Assembly (NCBI GenBank): GCA_031763465.1
Contig: JARFOE010000001.1
Location: 8,444,906 to 8,484,112 of the forward strand
Length of the DNA: 39,207 nt
Reading direction: 5' to 3'
From: Squatina squatina
Taxonomy: Eukaryota
Of this stretch, positions 22,911 through 35,414 are shown one piece after another. The position numbers and the translations under genes were made by a program. Below the pieces are notes generated by a model, which had not been told where the DNA came from, made no database searches, and was given only the letters and a program-made list of their open reading frames with translations. The first letter of the stretch is position 1. Each line of letters begins with the position of its first letter.

Positions 22911-23289
22911 ACTAAACTTTTGTAACTCAATTATCTACCAATTTCCTTGCCCAGTTGAGTGCACTCCATTATAGTAAATAAAAGATTTCACTGCTAGATA
23001 CTCTGCAGACACAACCCAAGTTTGATAGGCAGAATGTATATTGATACTGCGGACTATTTTACCAGAGTCCAAGGTGTTGTAGGACAAAGGTCTGACATTT
23101 GCATCACACTTCTCAATATATCCCTAGACCCCTTTGGTGATTTGTAGATGTGCACGAGCTACTAACAGCTAGAATTTTAAATATATTTCCAAGTCTTATG
23201 CAAAATAGATGTTTCTACATTATACAATTGTTGTTTGAAAGCAAAACTAGAGACACGTTTCCTTATTTTATATAAATTTGATTAAGTTA

Positions 23290-23785
23290 TCAACACCCTC
23301 AAAAAACCCTCTGTCCATGTAAACTGCTGTCCCACCTCCAATCTCCCTTTCCTCTCCAAAGTCCTCGAACATGTTGCCTCCCAAATCCATGCCCATCTTT
23401 TCTTCAACTCCCTATTTGAATCCCTCCAATCAGATTTCCACTCCTGCCACCACACCAAAGTGGCCCTAACCAAAGTCACAAATGGCAGCCCCTGTGACTG
23501 ATCATGGTGCATTATCCCTCCTCCTTCTCTGCAGCCTTGGACACGGTCAACCACACCATCCTCCTCCAAAGCCTCTGCTCCGCTGTCGAGGTCAGTGGGA
23601 AGTTGCAACTCTTACCTATCTGAACATAGCACGAGCATCTCCAGCATGACATTTCTTCCCAGCACTTAACTCCAGAAACCCCCAAGGACCTTTGAACTCT
23701 GCCTCTTCATCTATATGCTGTTTCTTAGTGACATCATCAGAAGATGAATGGGGTCAGCTCCCACATGCATGTTGATGACCCAGCT
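23290..23785 (+). mobile_element. L2 LINE RT fragment
   Basis: C-rich strand: PTSNLPFLSKVLEHVASQIHAHL...ESLQSDFH...SAALDTVNHTILL...HMHVDD (YADD-like). Confidence 0.88.
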
Positions 23786-24148
23786 NNNNNNNNNNNNNNN
23801 NNNNNNNNNNNNNNNNNNNNNNNNNNNNNNNNNNNNNNNNNNNNNNNNNNNNNNNNNNNNNNNNNNNNNNNNNNNNNNNNNNNNNAAATTGGAGTGCAGC
23901 AGGACTCAGAGCTTCTGTGCTCCTGTCCCTGTCCCAAATTCTGGATTCGGAATCATTTATAAGGAGTGGGAGAGGAGAGGGGAATGGACACCTGTGCCAC
24001 TTCCAGGGTTTCTGAGAGTCTGCCGGGAACTTCCCAATGGCAACTTGTTGCTATGATCAAGGGCTGGCTGTTCTGGACTAAACAGTGTAGAATGTAGAAA
24101 AGAATTCTAACGGCTATATTTGCTCTGCATTTCACAGTTAGAATCATA

Positions 24149-24870
24149 GGGGGGAGAAATCTGTATCGTTTGTGTCGCCTGGGGCACAAACGATTTATTG
24201 CCTGGGTAGGGGGGAGGGGAGGACTTCCATCTCTCACGAAATTGCGCAGGAGTTAGCGGAGGTGCAAAACCGCTGATAGGGCTCTGGGCCGCTGCGCCTC
24301 CGATGATGATGTCCGCGCCGTGCACGCCGACCCCTTTTCACCCCGCAGTGGCCCGTTTTTGCCCCGCGGCGGACGTTGGGTAGGTTGTCGTGGGCAATGT
24401 CAGCGCCAGCCTCACGGGCGAAATTTAAAGGAGGGGGGGGGTGCGCGGCGCCATTTTGCGCTGCCCTCCAACTTACCGGACCGGAGTATGTGTCGATTCT
24501 CGAGGTGTCCGTGCCGCGATCATGCAGCCCGGCACTCCGCTTGTGTGGCGGGCTGCTGCCATGGCACCCCGCTCCTTGGCGGTCCAGTGATGGCCCCGTT
24601 TCCCACGCACAGAGTCAGCAGCTTGGCCCTCCCCTTTAATGAAGGGGAGGGCCCTGTCTACACACCAGCGCTACACGTCCCACCGTGTAGTGCTGTGAAT
24701 TTTGTGTGGCTTTGCATGCTGCTCCTGCCCCTGACTGGAAGTGCAGCATGATTTTTGTGCTGCACTTCCTCTCGGGGGCGGTAACCCGAATATGGGTTTC
24801 GGAGCGGGAATTCTGCACCTGGCGCAGGAACTCCTGCCTCCTGGCGGTACCGATGTTCACGGCCTTAAGT
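24149..24870 (+). mobile_element. CpG-rich non-autonomous DNA transposon (Harbinger-like), one terminus visible
   Basis: Abrupt GC/CpG rise starting at GGGGGGAGAAATC; no credible ORF. Confidence 0.6.
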
Positions 24871-25680
24871 CTCATTTAGTTTCCTGCTGACAGGTTTTTA
24901 CAGTTGGTATATATCATGTTCACAAATTCAAAATCACATTGTGGTTTTACTGTTTCAGCAATAGTTTCGTATATATGTACCCTGCCACTAAACACTACTG
25001 TATTGTTGTTCATTAAAATAATTATAATTACTTGTTGGTCCAGGAAAATTAATTTGTTATGCAAATAACAAGCCTGTAGAGCATGGCAATATATATTATT
25101 AATACTATAAGGACTAACATGACCTTATGAATACAATAATAATTCAGTAATACATTTTCCCATCTTAATTCAACTATATTTCCCTTTGTTAAATAATTTA
25201 TTTAATCACTAAAATAGTTTTAAAATAATAATGTGATTTTTCCCCCACCCCACATATCACTTACACATGCAGTCTGTGGGGAGAAAAAGTTAGGTGTAAA
25301 GATTGATGTGCTGTGATTGTGATACTGATTGTTTAATATTTAATACATTACAGTTGAGTTCCCCAAATTTTCTTGTAAGAAAAAGAAACAATGAATCATT
25401 CTCTGTTTAATGTTTTATAAGTAAAGGAATATTCTTTTTTTTACTTCATTCCGAAGCAAAATGTTTTATTACTTCATCAATCGGCCCACCATTATATGCA
25501 CCTTGAATGATATGCTATGTCAGCCTGGAAATTACTGCCAGTGCAAAGGATTATTCTGGGCAATAATTAGTGGCAGGCAAATCGGGAATGTGGTTTAGTG
25601 CAAGGCTCCTAATTGCTGACTGCTCCGATGCATATAGTGGGAGAAGGATTCTGTGTGCTAAAGCTCACAATGTAGGGGAC

Positions 25681-25890
25681 CAAATCTGGCTAATGACAGC
25701 CTTGCAGCAGCAATAAGGAGAAGCAGAATGCAGATACAACAAGGGCTATGCAATGGCCAGGATCATTATTGAGCATACGATTACCATTTTGAAGTACAGC
25801 CTCCGATGGCACATTTCAGTACAACATTCTAAGGTTCTCCAAAATCAGCATTGTCTGTTACACGCTCCATAATCTCGTTATACAAGAGCC
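25681..25890 (+). pseudogene. Fossil PIF/Harbinger DDE transposase C-terminal region (HARBI1-like)
   Basis: QIWLMTALQQQ*GEAECRYNKGYAMARIIIEHTITILKYSLRW /frameshift/ FQYNILRFSKISIVCYTLHNLVIQ matches the Harbinger pattern WLMTP..P....E.RYN.AH..TR..IE..FG.LK.RF.CL...LQY.P.....II.ACC.LHN, including the catalytic E. Confidence 0.85.
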
Positions 25891-26721
25891 CTAACCATGG
25901 AGGAAAAGGAGGCCAATCTGGAATCAAAGCCGATGCAGGAGGGAAGCTATGAAAATGAGGATATATATTCTGGAAATAGTGCAACCTGGAATTTCTGAAT
26001 GATCAGATATGAATAAAATAAATATTTAGCTAAGTGCCTGATTACCTCTTTAAGTAACCCTACTATCCACCAAAACACTTTCATCAATACTGCCCTCAAC
26101 ATCTGTATACCGTCATCAATGACCATCTTTTGTACTGGTGCTGCATTATTGTGCACAATTACGGAAATATTCTGAGCAGAATGCACAAAGCAACTGCATA
26201 ACATTTACTGAATAAAATTAGTGATGTATGAATATTGAGTTTTGCCACTGTTCTGCCTCTTGGCACTAACACTTTGTTTCAGATGTGTGACATCTAACCT
26301 GCCACTCTTTCGAAGTGAGTTGCGTGTGAAGGAGTATGTGTATTGACTAGCTGCAGAGATTCACAGATAGCCTGCTGAGATACTGGCACCCCTGGATCTC
26401 CCTGGATCATACATTATGATGGCCCTGTGTGTGAGTCAGTCATATTTGCGACAATAATGGCTCACTGATACTGCTTTTTTTAAGCCACCTCATCCTGTTC
26501 CCCTTTGAGTGCACTTCTGTAGGGAGTGGGAGGTGGTGTGTATCTAACACATACACTGTGTGTCGTCTGTCCCTTACAGAAGAAGGTGCAGGTCCTGGCC
26601 TGTCAAAGTGACTTCTCTCAATCAGTAATATCCAGATCTACAGCAATTTTGAGAAAAATAACACTAGCTTTCCCAGTACTATTTCAGGTGCTTAACTGAA
26701 GTTGCCATGCATAGGTCATTT

Positions 26722-26836
26722 AGAAAGAAAGACTTACATTTATATAGCGCTTTTCACGAACACCAGACATCCCAATGAAGTATTTTTTGAAGTATAGTCA
26801 CTGTTATAATGTGGGAAACGCAGCAGCCAATGCGCG
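26722..26836 (-). mobile_element. Deu-domain SINE (AmnSINE1/SacSINE1-like) 3' end
   Basis: AGAAAGAAAGACTTACATTTATATAGCGCTTTTCACG...GAAGTATAGTCACTGTTATAATGTGGGAAACGCAGCAGCCAA is the complement of 35520-35655. Confidence 0.85.
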
Positions 26837-26936
26837 NNNNNNNNNNNNNNNNNNNNNNNNNNNNNNNNNNNNNNNNNNNNNNNNNNNNNNNNNNNNNNNN
26901 NNNNNNNNNNNNNNNNNNNNNNNNNNNNNNNNNNNN

Positions 26937-27200
26937 TGAAGGTGATGGATTTGGTCTTCCTAATGTTACCTGGTGAAAATAGTGCCTTATCCAAGACTGA
27001 ATGTTGGACAAAGAGACAACTCAGAGGCAGTGGAGGGATTGCAAGGTAGAGCAGCATGTCAATGAGAAAGAAGAGGGGGTCAAGGATTCCAGAGGTATTG
27101 GAGTTGGGGTGAAAAGAGAAGCCATTGCTGGATATGCTGTGGCTATGATTAGATAGTCAGAGGTGGAGCTGAGCAAAGGTAGTCCAGCTGAGCTGAACGA
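26937..27200 (-). mobile_element. L2 LINE RT fragment
   Basis: Minus-strand LSNIQSWIRHYFHQVTLG resembles L2 CLSDIQSWMSxNFLQLN; upstream PLFFLIDML. Confidence 0.7.
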
Positions 27201-27272
27201 CAGGTAACCTTAAAGTTATCCAGCAGACTTGCAACCTCCTCAATGAAATCCAGTAAATTAGTCAGTCATGAA

Positions 27273-27669
27273 GGGGGAATATTAACTCCCCATGACAGGT
27301 GGGAGTGGGCCATTGGGGGTGGGGTTAAACATTCAAAAATGGGAAACCCGCCACCAATGTGTCTAATTCCGGGTCGGAAAGCCCAGCAGCTGAAGGGAGG
27401 CGAGAATGGCCAGATCCAGCAGGTAAGTGCTTTTCCTGTACTGCTTTTGGGCCAGGAGGAGCAGGAGTGGTACCCCCAGCACCGGCTCCCCCAAGCAAAC
27501 CTGCTTCCCTCCCCACAGATCAAAGTACCCCCCCACCGGGAGAAAAAAATTCAAATGAGGTCCTGCTGTTTAAATTTGGCAGGACATCCGCTTTACCTGC
27601 ATTTCTGGGTTTCCTGGCTGCTACGACCTCCCCCGCTCCCTCCCAGCCTCTCCATAAATATCAGGGCCT
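27273..27669. mobile_element. ~400-bp GC-rich MITE-like element
   Basis: G-rich left end GGGGGAATATTAAC and C-rich right end ATAAATATCAGGGCC followed by TAA; imperfect TIRs; right end related to 10246-10270. Confidence 0.6.
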
Positions 27670-28249
27670 AAGCCTCTTAACTTATTGCTGCTCAATCATT
27701 GCCATGTAGATGTGTCTGGTCCAGTGGATACAGGGGATATTGGCGGGTGCAGACAATCTGCCCCTGGTGCCATCTAACAAGCCATCTTTGATCCTTTTCA
27801 ACTGAGCTAAATGACAGTGATCACTGAAAGCAAGCACCTTAGCTTAGAAATGTCTTCCAGCAAAAAAAACAAGTGAACATCGTTGCTGTAAGATTGCAGT
27901 TCTTGACATGCAAGAACCTGGCAGGCCTCTAACCAAATTAGCATGCTGCATGTGCGGTGTATGAATGCAGCAATATTGCAGGCCCCACAGGTAAGTCGTA
28001 TTCAAGAGCAGATTTACATTGGTAATCAGCAGAATGCAGTCTGTGCAAGAGTTCACTCACTGACTTGGAGTAAGTTCAAGCACTGCATTCAGTGGGCAGA
28101 AAGCGCACAAGTACAATTGCTTTCTCCAATCATACAGAAGAAATTGGCATAAGCCAATATGCTGAAACAATTTCCAGGCTGTATGGAGGCACTGTGTAGT
28201 TTACTGACAATTACCGGTACTTAAGGATCTTTACTGCTGCTGTTTGGGC

Positions 28250-28712
28250 AGATGGTGGAAAGGCTTTGGGGAGTCAGGAGGTGAGTCACTCGTCGCAGCA
28301 TTCCGAGCCTCTGACCTGCTCTTGTAGCCACATTATCTATGTGGCTGGTCAAGTTAAGTTTCTGGGCAATGATGACTCCCAGGATTTTGATGGTGGGGGA
28401 TTCAGTGATGATAATGCCGTTGAATGTCAAGTTGCAGAGGTTAGATTCTCTCTTATTGGAGATGGTCATTTGCTGGCAATTGTGTGGCATGAATGTTATT
28501 TGCCACTTATCAGCCCAACACTGAATGCTGTCCAGGTCTTGCTAAAGGCAGGCATGGACTGCTTCATTATCTGGGGAGTTGCGAATGGAACTGAACACTG
28601 TACAATCATCAGCGAACATCCCCAGTTCTAACCTTATGATGGAGGGAAAGTCATTGATGAAGCAGCTGAAGATGGTTGGGCCTGGGACACTGCCTGAGGA
28701 ACTCCTGCAGCG
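28250..28712 (-). mobile_element. Second-family LINE RT fragment, copy 3
   Basis: Collinear with ~15900-16312; MTISNKRESN...TFNGIIITESPTIKILGV...ATRAGQRLGMLRRVTHLLTPQSLSTI. Confidence 0.92.
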
Positions 28713-29559
28713 ACTATAGATAAAGCTTTAGTTGCCACTGAATAATTAGCACTGTGCTAGCCCTTAATAGATCCCCTCCAGTCTTGCAGTGAGGATTAAG
28801 CTGCAGATTTGCTACAAATCTTTTCTATTGCAATTTTTAGTGGAAATATTGATCATTAGCTCTTATCCAGTAGCTGACACTGTTGGCAGAAAAGCCAAGT
28901 TAGTCTGCGTCCCTGCTTCATAAAACCCTCCGGGAACATCAAATTGAGGCGAAATGAAAAAGAAGAAAAAACTTAGCAGCCTGAATCAGTTCATGTGAGA
29001 ANNNNNNNNNNNNNNNNNNNNNNNNNNNNNNNNNNNNNNGTGTAGTCACTGCACCGACAACATAATTCTTTATGAACTGGTACTGATGCATATAGAAAGC
29101 CTGTCTCCTTTTAGTTTTAGCATCAGGGAGAGGGGAGAAGGTTAAGAGATCGAATTAATAAAGTAAGCCATTGAAGTGAATTTTCAGAAGGATTAGTGGG
29201 ACAATTGGGCAGGACTCTTATGCTTCAAAACCCCTCTTTGATTACTCTGGATCCTTAACTGCCTGACTGGGAATGTGTGATAACCAAACCTGGAAACTGT
29301 ACTAAGGCACTGTGTGACTAATCCTTCTTATCACTCATCATTCACAAGGGACTGTAGAATGATGGCATGTGATGGAGATGGAGCCTGCAGCAGAAGCAGC
29401 CATAACATATAGTACTGTTAGTAACCAATGTGCCTCTTCAAATCAGTCCAAGACTTGCAGATGGGAGCAATGCTCATAATTAAATAAGAAAATAACTTTG
29501 CTTATAGCCTTAAATACTTGCATTTAAATTTTCAAAAGAAATTTCTGGGTAAAGAATTT

Positions 29560-29730
29560 TTAAAGCGTCATTCACGACTTCAGGACGCTCCAAATCGCTT
29601 TACAGCCAATTTTTGACTTGCAGCCACTGACTGTTGTAATGTAGCAAATGTGGCAGCCAAAATTTTACACAGCAAGGTCCCACAAACAGCGATGAGATAA
29701 ATGACCAGGTCACTTGTTTTGGGGGTTGTG
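29560..29730 (-). mobile_element. Deu-domain SINE copy
   Basis: TTCACGACTTCAGGAC...GCTTTACAGCCAAT...ACTGTTGTAATGTAG...CCCACAAACAGCGATGAGATAAATGACCAG is the complement of 35480-35625. Confidence 0.85.
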
Positions 29731-30134
29731 GTAAAATGGAGTTAGCCTCCATGTAGGCTAAAATCTCATGGTTCCACATGTGTACAAATAGGCCGATGTA
29801 CTTTGATGAATGTGTACATGCAAATAGTTGAAGTTATATTGTCTTAAAATTCCACATGACCTAAACAAGGCAACTCAGGGATCTCCCGTTCTGCTAGAAT
29901 CCTCAGGAAAAACCGGGTCTTCACTGCCACTGGACTTGAGCAACCCAGTAATTTTTTCTTTGGCAGCATTGTTGACTGACAGGCACATGTATACTGAGAG
30001 TTGGTGACACTACTGCAATATAAAAGCCCTGAAGAGTGAGCAACCTATGCAATGGCCAAAAGAGCATGGTGGTAGAGGGAAAAACCCTAAAATCATTGAA
30101 GAAACAGTCGGATGATGTGATGGGACGACTGTAA

Positions 30135-30480
30135 GGGCGCTCAATTCATAGTTCCTGCTTACCTTCGGGAGTCGCTCCCCAGGCACTGAGGCCTGTGCGG
30201 TGGCCGGCGATGCTTCAGCCGGCTGGCGCGGGATTTGGGTGCCAGGTAGCAGCGGTGCTTACAAGCTGTGCCCCGCTCCCGTCCTGAGGCATTATGTACG
30301 GAGGTGCACGGTGATCGTTATCACTATGCACTGCGCCACTGACCGACCCTGCAGCTGAATTTGGCCATGACCCCTGCTGCAACGCCAGGCACTGACATAG
30401 AGTTGCGGTCATTCCCATGGAGGCCGGCTGCATGCAGGGTGCTAATTAGAGGCGCGCTGTGTGGCTAGCTATTAAAAGAG
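30135..30480 (+). mobile_element. GC-rich DNA transposon terminus (Harbinger-like)
   Basis: TAA followed by GGGCGCTCAATTC; CpG-rich until the gap; terminus resembles 38828 GGGCGTCCAATTT. Confidence 0.55.
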
Positions 30481-31904
30481 GNNNNNNNNNNNNNNNNNNN
30501 NNNNNNNNNNNNNNNNNNNNNNNNNNNNNNNNNNNNNNNNNNNNNNNNNNNNNNNNNNNNNNNNNNNNNNNNNNNNNNNNNTAAGAAATTCTGATTTAAA
30601 CAATCACATTGATATGTGCAAAGAAAATATTTCATAGTATTTCCTGGACCAAAAACATCCAAAGTGGAGTATGATCACGAGGTCCAAGCTGGATGTGGTT
30701 ACAAAGTCATTAAGAATGGTGAAAAAAATAGTTTGTTGCACTTCCTATTTCTTGTTTTAATTTCATATCTGTGGGATGAAGTACAACTCATTTTAAAAAG
30801 CTGTAAGCACCCACAGAGCAAATACGTTTTAAAATAAAAATGTTAAATCTGAGGTTTTTCAATGATAAATATGGCATTTTTCAGGAAAAAGTACTTTAAT
30901 AAATCATTTATGTCAGTGCACATAAGTAGAAAACATAATTATTAAGTGGCTTCAACAGAAATGTATGTTGTGCCCAGTAGTTTTGAATTGGCCCCTGTCT
31001 GAGTTGACTCAGCTCCACTTCATTACAGTATCAAAGCCACTCGTCAGACTCAAGCCACTCTCCTCAATAGCACGTCTTTGTGAAGCGAATGAGAAGATGA
31101 TAGGAGCATTGTGCAGATGATCAGTTGTGTGTAACACTGCGATATCAATCAAAGTCTGAGCTTAAATGGCTGCAATGAAAGGTCAACCCACCCACAAGAG
31201 AACATGGATCTGAGTGGTGAATGTGATTGGCTCCAAAGTGGCTGCAAACTTAACTGATGCTTGTTTGACTGCAGCCTTGGTTTCTGTTGGTGCACCACAG
31301 GATTTATTTTTAATGGATTCGATATGCTCCAAGCAGCTGGGTTATATTGTGCACCTATGCTCGCACAGAGTAGAGCAAAACAACTCTAAAGACCTGTGAA
31401 TGAACCATATGCTTGAGCTTCACTTTACATCATTATCAGGCAACAAATCTTTAGAAAACAAGGTAACAAAGATTTCGGCACAGTACACAGTATAGTTACA
31501 GACCTTGCTTCCTCACATCTACAATGGGCTTTTTCCTATAAGTATATGGCCTGCGTCTTTTTTTCCCCCTTATGTGCCTTGATAGAGACAATTACANNNN
31601 NNNNNNNNNNNNNNNNNNNNNNNNNNNNNNNNNNNNNNNNNNNNNNNNNNNNNNNNNNNNNNNNNNNNNNNNNNNNNNNNNNNNNNNNNNNNNNNNTCTA
31701 TCAGATTTACATTTATTAATGAGCAGACTTCATGTAAAAGGACAAATAAGCCACATAAACCACGTAAACAAAGCAGTGGAACACGAAGCTTTGGAAGCAT
31801 TGATCATAATGTTTCTGTCACAAATCGACTAACAAAATCAAAAATACTTCAAGGGGTCTGCAATTTACATAATATTTCATCATTAAGCTGCCTACTTGAT
31901 TGAA

Positions 31905-31947
31905 TACAAAGTATCTAATTTTGTTGTACAAAGTATCTAAGTTTGTT
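31905..31947. repeat. 22-bp tandem duplication (TACAAAGTATCTAA(T/G)TTTGTT)
   Basis: Two adjacent copies read directly, one mismatch. Confidence 0.9.
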
Positions 31948-33304
31948 CTGTAAGGGACTACATAATCTTTGAAAAAACTGATTGTCATCTGAACTAAATA
32001 ATTTTACACTTTAAAAAGCAGAGCAATTATATACACTTTTAAAGTAAGTGTATGACTCTCTAGTATATATTATGCTGAAATAAATATCAATTTGAGAAAA
32101 ATAAATGCTTTTTAGGTAACTCAAAATGCTCTCAGCAAAAATTACTAGTAAACATAAATTGGTACAGTTTGATATTCAGAATAAAACTGATTAATGCAAA
32201 TATAACATTTTTCTCATTGCAAAAAAAGCAAATGCTTATTGTTATCATCTGAAATTGTGCGAAGGTTGTTCATGCCTGCCAGCTGCCTTTTCATCACAGA
32301 AGATGGATATCTTCCCGTGCAACAATGAATAGTCATTCACAGCAGCTAGTTGGATCTTAAATTATTTATTAGGTTCCTTGCTAAAGTAAAGGTCGATTTC
32401 TTTATGGACTCATCTGACATCAGCACTTTTCCAGATGCTTTTTGGTTTCAGTTATCATGCAATAGCCTTTCATCCACATATCTTCCAATTAGGACAAGAT
32501 GGGTTTCTCATTAAGATGACATCTGTCTGTCAGGAACAGTTTTGGACACACATCTCTGAGTGTTTTGTCTCCTCAAGATTAACATTCAGTTGGAATAAAC
32601 ATAGGCACCCGTGAATGGACAAGGATGAAGTGATAACGAAATCGGATCAAATNNNNNNNNNNNNNNNNNNNNNNNNNNNNNNNNNNNNNNNNNNNNNNNN
32701 NNNNNNNNNNNNNNNNNNNNNNNNNNNNNNNNNNNNNNNNNNNNNNNNNNNNACCAAGTTAAAAGGAATGATTGAAGTTGTCTTTAGGCTGTCTCATTCC
32801 TTCAAAGCATTAACATTAATGTTGTGCCTTAAGCTATAGATTTCACCTGATTAACTGCGCTGTCATGATATTATTTTTGTTGAAAAAAATGGGTCCATGC
32901 AGAAATCATTAAAATTCACCGGTGAATGATTGGAAATTACACTGAGGTGCAATAATTGCATATTTCTTGACAACAGATTAGTTACTGCAAAGTCTTAACC
33001 ACTGGAGAAGGATCTTTTAGAAAGTAAATTAATGACTGAAGTAATGCAAATACATTTTGTCAAGATAAATTTTTAATAGGTTTTAGCTTCCAACATGCTC
33101 TTTCAGTAAAATGGATGTTGTGAATATATACTTAGTGCAGATTACATTTTTTCAGATTGCAAAAAAAATATTGAATGTTTTTTTTGTAGGAGCTGTTAAT
33201 GCCTGATGAGATGACATCTAATAGAGTTCCATCCTAATATCTATCCTTACGGTGAAACTTGAATTTCAACCCTCCTGGTTTAGGTTAACTTTTGCAGTTA
33301 TAAT

Positions 33305-33640
33305 GGGCCTGAAATTGTGATTGGAGGCCTCCTGCGTGCGGGTGCCTCTGATTGCAATTTCATTTACGTACTTACCCAAGTGTCCTGGATCCACGGGGGT
33401 TTGCGATATTCAGCACCACCCCCCACCCCACCCCGCCCCCCGAGTTGGAGATTCGGAGCGGGGCTCTCTAGTTTCCCGGGCAAGTCGAATGAAGAAGCTG
33501 GAGAGGTCACATGGGAGGCCCCAGCCAATCAGGTAGGTGTATCTTGCATTGAAGTTTTGACAGTTCTCAGCGATCTGTCAAGAACTGTCAAAAGTTCAAT
33601 AAAAGATGAGAAACAACACAAACACATCACAAAACATTTT
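33305..33640 (+). mobile_element. Harbinger-like MITE end, copy 2 (same family as 901-1210)
   Basis: GGGCCTGAAATTGTGATTGGAGGCCTCCTGCGTGCGGGTGCC...GCTGGAGAGGTCACATGGGAGGCCCC...TGAAGTTTTGACAGTTCTCAG...AAACAACACAAACAC is collinear with the reverse complement of 901-1210. Confidence 0.8.
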
Positions 33641-34574
33641 AAAAATTATTCTAACATTAAAATTAATAAGGAAATAAACCAACCAACGTTTTGTAGATTT
33701 TGAGTGTCTCTTACAGCTGAAGTGAATGTACAGCTGACAGTATCATTGGGCAGTAAAGAAAGAGATGATATACGTTCGGGCCTTGAAATGTCAGTGATTA
33801 TTTTGATACAAGGCAAAATCGAGCATTGAAACAATCGCTGTGGTGAAACTCCAAATGCTAACATTTTAGAGTTCATTGCTGGCATTAGACATTGTACTTA
33901 GAAAAGGCTGGATTTTTAACACGGTAATGATTACAAGAGTGTCAAATAAAATTCAAGCTGCCACAGCAGTGGGCATAATGCATGTGCCACTACATATACA
34001 TCATGCATCATACAGAGGAGATAATTACAGTTTGAAAATGAGGGCTTTATCATGACTTATACAATTCGAGAAATGCTAACCACAGATTTCATATGGACTA
34101 CTGCTGGGGGCAGGAGCTACAGTCCTGCAGCTGCAGTTGGGACCATGTTCCTTTCTTAGTGTACACTGGACAGCACTGACACTGACTCAGAGATCAATGT
34201 CTTCCTCCCTGTTCAAAGGGGAACATTAGAGATTTCTGAAAAAAATACTTCTTGTGTCGTTGGTACGTTTGATACTTGTAGATGTGCTTTCCTTCCGGAA
34301 AACAAACAGCTCAGAGCCAAGAATCAGTTTCATTGACTTAGCCATCTCTCAATTAGCATCCAAACTGGCCTGAATCCCAATCTGAGGACTTCCTACTGAG
34401 CCATGTGCTGACAGTCCTTCTCACTGAATCAGTGGAGCTGATGCCTTGTGTGGGAAGAGCCTTAATGGTGTGTTTCTGTGGGACTGCAAAACATTAATTA
34501 CATCAAAATCTTCCATCAGCTGGGACTCCTACCACCTCTTCCAACCTGTGTCCTTTTCTCCACTTCTGAAAGTG

Positions 34575-34892
34575 CTTGTCCCTATCTCTGTAACCTGCTC
34601 CAGCCCTACAGCCCTCCGAAATCTCTGCGCTCTTCCAATTCTGGCCTCCTGAGCATCCCCGATTTATATCCCTCCACCATTGCCAGCCATGCCCTCAGCT
34701 GCCTCGGCCCTAAGCTCTGGAATTCCCTCTCTAAACCTCCCTGTTTATCTCCTCCTTCAATACATTCCTTAAAAACACCTCTTTGACCAAGCTTTTGGTC
34801 ACACAGTATCAAATTTTGTTTGATAATGCTCCTGTGAAGCGTCTGGAGACATTTTACGATGTTAAAGGCACTATATAAATTCAAGCTGTTGT
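34575..34892 (+). mobile_element. L2 LINE 3' end
   Basis: PYLCNLLQPYSPPKSLRSSNSGLLSIP...HALSCLGPKLWNSL; tail CTCTTTGACCAAGCTTTTGGTCAC...GGCACTATATAAATTCAAGCTGTTGT. Confidence 0.92.
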
Positions 34893-34959
34893 CGTGGGAT
34901 ACGGATCGACAGACAGATAGCTATTTAGTGCCTCACACGAGTTGTCCATACAAGGAATG

Positions 34960-35107
34960 TCATTAGGCTGTTCTATCATGGATGTATCATAGCTGAGCTT
35001 GAACCCATTCTGACCTAATGTCAATACACATGCACTATCCAGCAAGGGTCACCTATTAGCAATCAGGAGTAGGAATCCTGGCTGATATTTCCCCACTATC
35101 AGCCCAG
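34960..35107 (-). mobile_element. AmnSINE2-like SINE, copy 2
   Basis: Minus strand reads CTGGGCT...GGGGAAATATCAGCCAGGATTCCTACTCCTGATTGCTA..GTGACCCTTGCTGGA..GTGCATGTGT. Confidence 0.65.
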
Positions 35108-35414
35108 NNNNNNNNNNNNNNNNNNNNNNNNNNNNNNNNNNNNNNNNNNNNNNNNNNNNNNNNNNNNNNNNNNNNNNNNNNNNNNNNNNNNNNNNNNNNN
35201 NNNNNNNGTTTGTGGGAGGGGGCAAAGTAATTAGCTTCAGTGTACCCAGATAGGGAAGAGAACAATTAGCTTTGGTTTCATTAATTTTGCAACAGTTGCG
35301 TTTATGCCCCCATATTAACAGAATTCTGGTATTGGTACCTGAAATTGTCTTTTTTATTTCTGATCTACCAATTGTGGCCATTTGCAGAATACGCCACAGG
35401 GTCAATCCATCAGG

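Noticed and set aside
24107-24875. Overlapping Pro/Gly/Arg-rich ORFs and possible host gene promoter
   Set aside because: ORFs are a by-product of high GC; the block starts at a transposon-like terminus and no downstream exons are evident.
27913-28175. Faint DIRS RNase H-like pattern (LHV...AIL...WAE...ANML)
   Set aside because: The diagnostic DN and ADxLSR motifs are missing; not distinguishable from chance without an HMM search.
34290-34445. Possible tRNA gene or tRNA-derived SINE head on - strand
   Set aside because: A/B boxes too degenerate and no cloverleaf.
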